Below, one piece after another: positions 13,724 through 25,419 of a stretch of 64,000 nucleotides of DNA (the stretch's first letter is position 1; each line of letters starts with the position of its first letter). Under the pieces are notes generated by a model, which saw nothing but the letters and a program-made list of their open reading frames with translations, was not told where the DNA came from and made no database searches. The stretch comes from Rhizophagus irregularis (lineage: Eukaryota): positions 2,480,001 to 2,544,000 of the forward strand of contig NC_089436.1 of NCBI RefSeq assembly GCF_026210795.1, written 5' to 3'. The position numbers and the translations under genes were made by a program.

Positions 13724-16620
13724 TTATGGAAGTTCATTTTTTGTGATATTCAAACTTGAAAGAATTAATAATAAAAAAAAAAATTAAATTATCTACTTAA
13801 ATTATTCGAGATGTTCATCCAGAACGGTTTTATGTATATATAATTTTTCATTTATGCTTATGGTAATATTTATATATTTTAGAATCAAAGAAAGATAAAT
13901 ATTTTTTTTTTACTTTATTATTTTAAAATCATACTTTTTCTCCTTTTTACTTTATTTATTTATTTTCTTTTTCTATTATCTTATTAACTCTCTTAAAAAA
14001 AGTAAATAAACATAATGGATGTTTCAGAGATATAGTATAATTGAGTATAGAAAAATTATCTGAGATTGAGTCGTATTTATACAATACATACATATATAAA
14101 ATATTTTTAAGGTTCAAGAAAAAATTATAATATAAAAAAAAAGTTTGTGAAAAAAAAAACTGTTTTTTTTATTACCGAAAAAATTTTTTTATAATTTATG
14201 ATTTTTTATTTTTATTATCAAAGTGAAAATAGCATCAGTAAGAAACTTTATACAAGAATCAAAAGTAGTATGAATAGAATTAAACTGAGTCAGCTTCAGA
14301 TCCCACAGGAATCTAGAGGCACAATTAATTTATGAAAAAATTTATTTATCACCTTCAATGCCCTCGCCTATATCACATGATAATCATGTACTTTTTTGTG
14401 TGCCTGCGATCTCCCAGCGGCAACACAACTTTAAATCTCGATAGTTTTTTATTTGCAAATATATATTAAATTATTATAGATCCTAACCTTCTAACCCCAA
14501 ACTAATCCTAAATCTTCAACTATTAACCAACTTTATATTTAATACATAAGAATATATTACTGCCATCATTGTTTTTTCAACTCTTTTTTTCTTAGCTATT
14601 TTGAATTTAGAAAATTCATTCTTCAGCTTAAAATGACTGAAGATTTGGAATAGCTTCACCATACTGAATTAAATTAGTACCTTCAATGGAGCTGTATATA
14701 AAAAATGTAATTAATCTTTGTTATGTGGATTTTAGTATAATAAGATACCTACGTAAAGAATTAGAGTGGTTGTGTATTATCTATATTGTAGTATGAGTGA
14801 TAATTTGATATATCGTTAAACAAGTGTGTTTCAGATGTAGATATAGTCGCATTAAAACTTTCAAGAGAGGATTCCATTATTCATAGTTTAAGAGAGAGAG
14901 AATTGTTAAAGAAGTTTCATGAGATGATGAACATGTAAATGTGATAAATCACAAGATCAGGTATACATGTAGATTTCATATTTATTTTGTTATAACAATT
15001 TATTACTTCAGAGTTCAGAAGTACTTAACTAGAAACACGTAAGATCAGAAAAAAAAATAAAAAATTTTATACAATATGACGGTTAACCCAAATATTTTAT
15101 TTATTTTTTTTTTGAAAGTTAAATATATATACTGTATATCAAAAAAAAAGAAAGAGATTTCAATTTTTTCGAAAAAAAAAATAATATTCGAAACTTAAAC
15201 TTCTTTTTTAATGAAGCTTATAATTTAATAATATTTTTGTATTAAAAAACTTTTTTTAACAAACATTTACAACCATCGGCCACTTATTCCGCCACTCAAT
15301 CTTGTTGACTTACTAATATTATCTCTTCTTATAAAGAAATTTGCAAATAACTTGATATCTGTTGAACAAAAAAGACAAAAGAAACTCAGAAAAAGTTCTT
15401 CTCATTTCAAACAACTCTCTCAGAAGCTGTCCGACAATCACAACAATCTAAACGTGTGGAAAATACCGTAATAATATTTTTACGATAGGAAACTTTGGCA
15501 ACCAGCTCAAACTACAAAAAGAAGAATCTGCGCGGAAGAAAAGCATTTAATCGTATAAAGAACGCTTTATGGAAAAGTATGGGCCCATCAGTTGGTTGTG
15601 TTAGCAAAAGAAACAAGCTTTTCTCTCCAAAGGCTTCTAAATGGTAAATTTTAAGAAAGAAGGAAAGAAAAAAGTTTTTTTTTCTTTCATATTTTTTAAG
15701 AGGTAGGACGACATTATAAGGTTCAGTTTATTTGTGTATGACAAACCCTTTTTTAACATTTCATCCCAAAAATTTTATGGGTAAGAAACACCTCTTAATT
15801 AGAATTCAGTTTAAAAAAGTCTTTTTACTTTAATGAATTATCTCTTTGATTTTCTTCATTTTCTTCTACTGTTCTCATAGTTCTTCTCTGTATCAGAGAA
15901 AAGATATATATTCTGAACAAAAAAATATCTCGCGAATGTGATCCAATCTCATTCATCATCATACGTGCCACGATATAATCATTCACGAAAAATAAGACAT
16001 GCAAGTACATCGATTCGTATACAAATTATTTAATGGAATTAGTTTCTATTAAGGTCGATATTTAACTCTCTTCCCGACATTCAATTTAATTCAAACGATT
16101 CACAATATTTTTATTGTGGTCTATTTTATCAATGCATTCACTCTAACAACGGTAAATTCATAAGTTTACGCTGGTCATTTCCATCACTGCGGCTCCGTCC
16201 ATCCATATTTGTAAAATCATACCATATATGTAAAAAAAACTCAAGGAAAAGAATATGGCGGTTGCCAGCGAACCCTCCGTTCCAGGTGGTATATGGGCGG
16301 ACTCGCAGGCCGCAGCAAAAGGTGATCGGACAATCACGTGATTTCGAAAAATCACAAAGTTTTCGCAAGATTTTTCTTAACTCTCGTCGTTATATACGTT
16401 TATAAAAAAAAACGTGATTTTCTTTATAACTTAAAAAAATTTTTACAAACTTAAATTACAAGTCTTTTTACTAAATATATTTGATGGAAAAATATACCCT
16501 CATAAAGGTAAAACCGATAAAACCGATAGGCATCTGATTATCAAAAAATCTCAATCTGATTGGTTGGCCGAACCCCACCTTTCGTTATATATAAATTATA
16601 TAATATACCAAACTTCTGGA

Positions 16621-16728
16621 TAATTTAGGCCAAATGTGTAGTGCTAGCCAGAATTATAATTCGTTTGACAAATTTTTCGAAAAAATTACTGATAATCCTG
16701 GCCAGCACTATAAATTTGGCCTGGATTA
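16621..16728. repeat. Short inverted repeat / fold-back element remnant
   Basis: GGCCAAATGTGTAGTGCTAGCCAGAATTAT pairs with ATAATCCTGGCCAGCACTATAAATTTGGCC. Confidence 0.6.
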
Positions 16729-16919
16729 GTATATAGTCACATGACTGTTCGTTATATAATATTATATAGCTATATAGGGGCTTGTTCGGATGCGTTATAT
16801 AGTGTTTTATTATAAAAGTTCATTATATCCAGTGAAATAATTTATAAACAATCGGTTCTGGAAATTCTGGTTTGATATAACGAGATTTCGGTACAAACAG
16901 GTTCGTTATTCGTTATAAC

Positions 16920-17173
16920 TAGGGACGAGGGCTAATTAACCATGGTTAATTAATTAACAGTTAATTTGGTTTATTATATTTAACTAAAATTGACGTTAAT
17001 TTGGTTAATTACAATCAAAAAAGAGATTTAAATCATGTGATTATAGTTAATTTAGCTTAAACTAACAAAATCAATATATTTGACCAGAATTATAAAATTA
17101 ATCAATGTTAAATAACAGTTAATTAACTGGTTAATTAGCTAAATTATAATTAACCGTTAATTTACCATCCTTG
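16920..17173. mobile_element. hAT-type MITE with TTAAC subterminal repeats
   Basis: 8-bp TSD GTTATAAC (16912-16919, 17174-17181); ends TAGGGA.../...TCCTTG. Confidence 0.75.
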
Positions 17174-18009
17174 GTTATAACCAGTGGCGAACAATCGCAT
17201 GTTTATTATTGTAAAAAAGGAGTTTATATTGTACGCGCGTAAGATGCTTTATTTTGCGATATGTCATAAAATTCATAACGCATGTGGAAAGTTGCACATT
17301 TATTATAGTAAATGAGGAGTTTAACAAATTGTGTAAATCATCAAATTTCCGAGATTGGCAATTAAAATACCTTAGTTTAAAACCAATCAGTATATCTCAA
17401 TAAATTTATTACATTTGTGTTACAATCATTGCAAAAAAGAATATTGAAACAAGGAGAAAAAATAATTTATTATTGCACCGATAAGGGAACTTGCACATAA
17501 TATATGAGCTCACCTCCGATTTAACAACGAATCAAATTATAATATTGTATAAAGCATTCAAATTCTGCTTTATTGGTTTCTAAGATTGACATTATTTCAT
17601 AAAAAACTAAAATCACATGATTTATAGCAGAAATGACTAATGAATTTTTTCATATGATTATATGATTTGGGCGTGATTTTTATTATGATAGTAAATTTAG
17701 TAAATTCTAAATATGTATTATTTATATTACAAATAGGTTTGTTCATCAGGTATATCTGCAAGTCGGGTGATTCCTAGAAATTAGTTCAATGTACAGTATA
17801 TACGTGAATGGTGAGGGTAAAGTAAACAAATATGTTTGCAACATTATAAGCTAAAATTGTGCAGCGGAGTTATATTCTTCAAGCTCGAAATTATTTAATA
17901 ATAGGAATCTGGTAGTTATCTAAATCCAAGGTTTTTATGAGAGAATAAGCTACTTAGCGAATGATCGTTGAGCATATAATAATTAGCATATCATATATAT
18001 GAAATACGT

Positions 18010-18074
18010 CCCTATAAAAAATTTTAAAAAAATGATCATTTATCGGAATTTTTCCCAGAAAATTTTTTATAGGG
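18010..18074. mobile_element. 65-bp miniature TIR element (CMC/CACTA-like)
   Basis: Perfect TIR CCCTATAAAAAATTT...AAATTTTTTATAGGG; 3-bp TSD CGT. Confidence 0.7.
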
Positions 18075-18253
18075 CGTTCTTGTGGATTTTACTTCCAAAC
18101 TATAAAATTAATAATTACATTAAATATATATTTCTTACGTCTCAATATAAATATTTCTTACTTTAAATTTCTTACTTTAAATTTTAGGAGTTGAAACTTT
18201 AATAAAGTTCTTTCTAATAACATGACCTTTAATTTGAATTTTTTCAAAGATAG

Positions 18254-18677
18254 CCCTATGAAAAATAAGTGTCCAGAAATTGGTCCGGAAATTGACCTGA
18301 AATATACATATTTTCATAAAATTTGGCACAAAAAGATGGTTAACAGGTGATCATCATTATAATTGCTTTTAATCCAAAAATTTTATATCATAGATATATA
18401 GTATTTTTGCTTGCTCAGCAAAGGTTATGAATGTCAGTTTTGTGCTTTTTGTTTTACAAAATTAATTTATCCTTTTTTGGAAACAATTTGTCCTGAATTT
18501 TTCATGTCCGGAATTTGTCCAGAATTTTATACTGGACAAATTCTAGACAAATTCTGGACAAAGTCCGGGTACATCAAAATTTTAAGTATCAAATTTGTAG
18601 CAAAAATAGACATTTTCCAGCCAGATTTATTCCGGACAATTTCTGGACATTTCGTGGGATATTTATTTTTTATAAGG
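18254..18677. mobile_element. MITE (CMC/CACTA-like), same terminus family as 18010-18074
   Basis: TIR CCCTATGAAAAATAA / TTATTTTTTATAAGG, subterminal TGTCC(A/G)GAA repeats, 3-bp TSD TAG. Confidence 0.75.
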
Positions 18678-18693
18678 TAGGTTCCAGAGTAGC

Positions 18694-19098
18694 CTAATAA
18701 AACTGAAAATTTCGCCTCAAGTTGTATATTGAGAATTGATTGATTTTCAGGAGCTATTTAGAAGAGTATTTCGAACTTTGCAACGCAATGATAGGATATT
18801 TTTTTAGTTAAAACAGTCTTAAGTTGTTGGAATACCATAAAATTTTAGAATATGTTTGAATTCAGATAATTTCAAGAAGTCTTCGTGTTTTATAGTTTAC
18901 ATTCATTTCTTCTTTATTGTTTGAAATGGATTCACAAGCTACTTCTTGTCCTTTCTTACTTACAGATTTATCACGTTGGTCATCAAGGTTTTCTTATCGT
19001 AGAAATTATTTAAATCTTTTGAATCAATTTTATTTACATGAAGTAGAGTTTTGTATGATCATTTTACTGAGATTTCACTGAATTTAATCTTTTTCAAA
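18694..19098 (-). pseudogene. Decayed second (pseudo)kinase domain of kinase gene K1
   Basis: Fragments [36 protein letters not shown] and SQYTT..EIFSF match domain 2 of the gene at 39439-41922 but carry stops, frameshifts and deletions. Confidence 0.75.
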
Positions 19099-20571
19099 TT
19101 AATAATTAGAATCTTTAATTAATTTATCGAGAGATGAAACAACTTTTTGAATATTTGGACGTTCATTTGGTTCAAACTTCCAACAATCTAATTTGGTAAA
19201 TAAATGGACAAATAAGTTAAATTCTATTAATTAATTTTCTGTTAATATAACTTAGAATATCACACCGCATAAATAGACGTAGGTAGCTGTTTCTTTCCCT
19301 TGTTCACAAGGTTCGAAGAAGCATTTCCATTAAACAAATAACGCTGTAATGCTCTTGCCCTCGGAAACAATTAAGACTCCATATTCGAGCAGCCTACCGC
19401 CTAACAGCAAATATTAATTGTAATAAAATGAACTACCTTTGTATAAGTTACTATATTCAACAGGAGTGCCTTCGATAATTTCTTCTCTTTCTCCATTTAT
19501 TATTGCCAAGCTTAACATTATGTCATAATCAGTATCAGAGAATGGTTTACGTCCACTTGAAATTTGCCATAAAAGCACTCCAATACTATACATATCGGAC
19601 ATTTTACTTAATTTATAATTTTCAACAATAAAATGTTTTGGATCTATATAAGGTATTATGCCAATTATACGCAATACATTATTTGTATCTTCAGATGTTT
19701 CTTTTGTTGATGTAGATAAACCAAAGTCTGCCAATTTAATAGTTTTCTTATGTATAAGTATATTATTCGCATGCTATTAATTTTTAATATTGATTAATTT
19801 CATTATAAATAAAATGATCGATTTATAAAGTTTAAACTAAATATTACCAGATCACAATGAATAATATCTTTATTGTGTAAATGTTGTAATGCTTTTGCCA
19901 ATTGTAAAGCCAAGCTAAGTTTATCATACCAATTAAGTTCATTAAAATGGTTGCTTAAGTATTTATTTAATGTACCACTATCAGCATATTCCAATACTAG
20001 GCAGTATTTGTTGATTTGATATACCGTATCTATTAGAAAAAATGGTTAAAAAAAAAGATAATTAAGACGGGATAATTCACAATCAAACTTGTGGCAACTA
20101 AATACATGATTTTCAAATTAATAGCGATTTCTCACGAATCAAGTCCTAAAAAACTAAATTATACCTACCAGCATTTATTTCTGTTATTCCACAAAATCGT
20201 AAAATATTTTCATGATGGTTAACAAGTTTGTGTATTTTTAACTAAAAACAGAAAATATAACTCTAATTTAGGAATGATAAACAATTTCGGCACATACGTT
20301 AAAAAAAAAATAATTTAATTTATACCTCTTTTACAACAAGAGTCATTTTATTATTATTGAAGGTTTTCAAAGCAAAATTTTTATTTTTTCGATTAGCACG
20401 GAACACGGTTCCAAATGAACCTCTACCTGTCAGTTCAATATTTTTAAAGCTTGAAAAATCATATTTTTTGTTAGATAATAATTCTAGCAGATCTTTTTCG
20501 GTATTCTTTAACGATTTCTTTTTGAATTTTAATTTTATCTTTATGATTTTTATAGAACTAAGCAGTGACAT
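19099..20571 (-). CDS. TKL-like protein kinase K1 (exons 20571-20326, 20241-20169, 20029-19848, 19773-19437, 19187-19099)
   Basis: [53 protein letters not shown] and CW..EP..RP, joined by GT-AG introns; stop directly after the domain. Confidence 0.85.
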
Positions 20572-21543
20572 TTTTTAATTTTCTTAGTTTCCACCCTGAT
20601 GTGTCTCTTGTTTATATAAATCTGGGTGCACCAATTAGAAAATCCATGCATTTCTCTGTTTTATTTCCAATTACAAACAGGAGCAAAAATATGACCCGCC
20701 GCATGCACGTTGTCAATCACATTTTTTTTACAACACTGAATAGGATCGACAACGTGCATGACGTACATGACGGGACAAGATTTCATATATTTGCCAAATA
20801 GGAAATCCCCCCGTGTTCGACTGTATCAATTCTTTATATATCAATAATAAAAATGAATATGAAGCATACCCCTATCGATTGTACTTTTTTATCTCTAATT
20901 ACGGTGGGATTATATTCTAATTCGAGAAATTTCTTTTAAGGATTATTACAGTTCTAAGAAAACGAAATTTCTTTGTTTTAAAATTTACTTTTTACCATAT
21001 AATCTTGGAAGAGTGATTATTATAATGTTTCTTTGTTGTTTAATTATAATAAGTAACAATGAAACCTATATTATGTTCTAAATGGAATGTATAGAATTTT
21101 AGAATGTTCTCATAACGGAAAAGGAAAATGATTTGCAGTTAATTTTTTTTATTTTGTGAATCAAAAACGGAATTGTATTTGCTTTTACGGTTCCGATTAT
21201 AATAATTTGCTAGCAAAAGAATCCAGGCGCCGTGTAGTACATTGTTAATAAAACTTTCATCACTTGTCATTTCGAGAGAATTTATTTTTTTTAATAGCTG
21301 AACAATTTTTTTTGAAATAGATTTACACATGAAAGTGAGAACAAATAAAGGATGGCTGAATGTATGAATGGAAAAATATCATTTATGGTATAAACTTGTG
21401 TACACAATCGTAAATAGCAATTTATTTGTTTATTATTTTTTGGTACGTGACAGTTAAAAAAATCAATGAACACTAATTTGGAATGACGGATTTTTTTTAA
21501 AAAACATAAAAAGCCCAAAGTAATATCTAAAGAATTGATAAAA

Positions 21544-24240
21544 ATGCCTCTAAAATCTTTAAAATTAGTACTTAAGCGAAAGATAAACAAGTTCAAGGGA
21601 ACGATTGGTGCTGGTAATATTGAGATAGGACATATCGATCGTAACAATTTATTGGAAGATTTTATTACTAAAAAAGAAATCAAATGTTATGAATATACGG
21701 ACTTCAGAGAAATTCAATCGATAGAAAGAGGAAACGTTGTGCGTGCTAAGTTTGAAGGTGAATTTTTTGCTTTGAAATCTTTAAATGATGACGATATAAC
21801 TATTCGCAAAGTTATTGATGAGGTACTGTATATAAAATGGTCTAATAAATTAATTAAGTAATTAATTAAAAATTAATTTATCTTTATATTTACAAAATAT
21901 ATAGTTAAAATTACTTTACAATATTGATCATGAAAATATTTTAAAGTTTAACGGTATCTCAAGGATAGAAGGAGGTATGATAATTATATCCAATTTCAAT
22001 TTTTCGTTACCATTTTTCTTTATAATGTGGAATAATAATTAATATTATATGCTTTTTTAATTTTTCCAGATATACCTCAAATATCTCAAAAAAATAAGTA
22101 CCTTTTAGTTTTGGAATATGCTAATAGTGGTACATTAAGTACTTATTTAGATAAGCATTTTTATGAGCTTAATTGGAATGATAAATATCGGTTAGCATTT
22201 CAACTAGCAAGTGCCGTTTTATATTTACATGATAATAAGATTATTCATCAAGAACTGGTAATATTTAGTTTATAAATTGATTAATTTATTCGAATGATGT
22301 TATTTATTATATATATATATTTTTAGTATGTCGATAATATACTTGTACATCAGAAAGTTATTAAGCTGGCAAGTTTTGGTTTACCGTCAGTAACATTTAA
22401 AGAGTCTAGTAATGCATTTTTATTTGACATCATACCTTATATGGATCCAAAAAGTTTCAATACTAAAGATTATGAATTAGGCAATCATTCTGATGTGTAT
22501 AGTGTTGGTGTACTTTTATGGCAGATTTCAAGTGGATGTCAACCATTTCGTACTGGAGGGTATAATGCAAATTTAGCAACAGCAATATTAAGTGGACAGA
22601 GAGAAGACATTATTGACAAAACTCCATTGGAATATAGTAAATTATATACAGGTAACAAAATTTGTTCAATGTCTAATAAAGGTTCTACAATCATGTTTAT
22701 TGATTATTTTTATAGAATGTTGGAAACTTGAACCAGCTGAACGACCAAGTATGCGAAAAGTTGTCACAACTCTTGAGACTCTTTTAAATCAGCCCGAAAT
22801 CCTTGTTATTAAAGAAGACAATGAGAAAATAAAAGATAATAATGCGACTGAAGATGATAATGAGGAAATAAAAGATAACGCAGCCGAATGGGTTAAAAAT
22901 ATCTTGAAAAATAAAGAAGTTCAGTTCATTCCATTTAATGATTTAAAGAATTCAAAACTACTTAGTGTAGGAGCTTTTGGATCTGTTATGAAAGCAGTTT
23001 GGACTAAAACAGATAACTTCGTTGTTTACAAAAGATTAATTAACACTGCCACTAAATATAATGCTTTGGATGTATTTATCCATGAATTAAAAATACATTT
23101 GCATTTGCTACCTAACTATTATAGTGATAGGATTGTACGTTGCTTAGGTATCAGCCAAGGTAATTAAATGTTTTTATTTAAATTTCACTTTTATATTTAA
23201 ATAACATTTTTTTTTTCTAGATGTTACGACAAAAGAATATTTACTTGTTATGCAATATGCTAATGGCGGTGACCTTCAAAATTATCTCAATAATAGAAAC
23301 TTAAGTTGGAATGATAAGAAAAAATTGTCATATCAAATTGCAGATGGGCTAAATTATTTGCATAATGAAAATGTATTACATAAAGATTTGGTATGTGTAT
23401 AATTTTTATATTAATTATTAAGAAGTAGCCGTAGGTAGCTTCGTGTCACAGGAGCTTTACATTTTTTTTTATGGGTCAGATTGGGTAGGTTAGGGTTAGA
23501 TTAGTTGTAGTTTATTGAAATCACCTGCAGTGATATTAACAATTTTTAATTATGTTATTATATTAATAATATATTTAATAATTATTTTATTTTAGCATTC
23601 AAAAAATATAGTTATTCATGAAGGGAATGCCAAAATTATAGACTTCGGTATTTCGAAAATTCAAGATCAGATATCTGGAGCTCATACGCGTTATCGTGGA
23701 ATTATTGCATATATAGAACCTAAACGTCTCTTAAATCTAGATTTTCCATATACTAAATCCTCCGATGTTTATAGCTTTGGAGTATTAATGTGGGAAATTT
23801 CTAGTGGTCAACCTCCATTTAAAGATAATTATTGCACAGGTGGTGATATAAAGGTACTTGCTCTTAATATTAATAATGGAAAACGTGAAAACCCAGTTTC
23901 TGGTACTCCTAAAGAATATGAAGAACTTTATAAAAAATGTTGGAATCAAGAACCTGATCAAAGACCAATTACTAAGGACATATTGGACGAGCTTATAAAA
24001 ATGAATTTTGAAGTAAATGAAGGTATGTATTATTGTTTTTATTGTTTATTTTTTATATCTTATATGTTTAATTATGTTTAAATATAGCTATAAATCATGT
24101 TAGATCAAATGTAGATTTGGAAAACGACTTATTTAGTAAGCATATTACTCTTATTATTTAGTAATTTATTATTTTAAAATTATGAATAGCATCGAATAAC
24201 TAATTATTTCATTATTTACTATATTTTAGTTCCAACTTAA
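21544..24240 (+). CDS. Tandem kinase K2: N-terminal pseudokinase + C-terminal kinase (exons 21544-21822, 21905-21974, 22070-22257, 22327-22651, 22716-23159, 23221-23390, 23596-24022, 24088-24135, 24230-24240)
   Basis: Domain 1 has a shortened Gly loop (IERGNVV), HQELYVDN and SFG. Domain 2 has GAFGSV, VVYK, HKDLHSKN, DFG, AYIEP and [16 protein letters not shown]. Frame stays open across canonical introns. Confidence 0.85.
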
Positions 24241-25045
24241 TATGTAGCTTCATATTTCGCTGTTAACCAATAAGTTTATGAATGTATATCCTCTCTGATT
24301 GTCACCAGCCTAAGAAATTTTTAATTTTTTTATAATTTATACAACATTTGTACATGTAATTTTATGAGAAAAAAGATTTCTAAGTTCAAAAGGTTTTTAC
24401 TTAGAAAGTTGTTGAGAAAAATGCAATGTTTTGATTTTTACATATAATTTTAAATAAACAAGAGGTCTTGTTCAGAGGGGAGTTTACACAATACTGATTA
24501 TCAAGCAGGAACTTGTAGGCAAACATTTATGATCTGCATCCAGCCTCTAAACTTCAATTATTTGATTATTGGTTTTTTTCTCATAAAATAGAAACTAAAG
24601 ACAATTTACAATCATTTGAAGTTAATTAAAATTCAGAAAAACTTTATTTTTGTAAATTAGAATACACTTGCATTTTTTTTATTTTGAATGTTTAAAAGAG
24701 TCTATTTTTTATTGAAAATAAATTTTTATCAGTTCACTGAGTTCAGTAAAAAAATGTAATAAATTACAAATTATACAATTTATATGATTATATAAATAAC
24801 AATGAATTGTGTGCAAGTATTTTACAGTATATGAAATATTATTATTAAATACAATTTTATTTATCATACGAAACTCACTGACGAAACAAATGTTGCAGTA
24901 ATGTGAAATTTTTAAATTCATTACAAAAACAACTTTGTAAATTGTATAAGCAGATTATTGTTACATTGTTACAAAAAAAATCTATTTTTATCTTAAAAAA
25001 TTCTATTAAAAAAATTACACTCTCTGTTGAAAAAAAAATACATAT

Positions 25046-25419
25046 GGAGCAAAAGGGGGGAATGGGATAATTCCGTAATTTTAAAAAAATCGCAATTTAA
25101 ATCACGTGATAAATTTGGCAGATCATCACTTAATTGTGAAATAAATTGACTTTCGGACCTTTTTTTTTTTATCTAAAACTAAATCTTACAGGCAATTTAC
25201 TAAGAGTATTGATTTTCTTTTAATAAGTTTATGTTGCTTGTTAATTCTATAAAAGTAAAATGCAAATAATAAGAAAATTTCAAAATTAAACTTTTTTACT
25301 AATATATTATTAATAAAAAATCATATTTTCTTAATAATTGGACTAATAGACATATAATTATAATAAAATCTCAAATTTGAATTTTTTGGCCTATCCCCCT
25401 TTTTGCTACGGGCGTCCCC
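25046..25419. mobile_element. MITE copy 1 (left TIR partly deleted)
   Basis: Near-identical to 30413-30796; right TIR CCCCCTTTTTGCTACGGGCGTCCCC; ATAT on both flanks. Confidence 0.85.

Noticed and set aside
23485..23505. GGTTAGGGTTAG as a telomeric repeat
   Set aside because: Only one or two units, inside an intronic insert; not a telomere array
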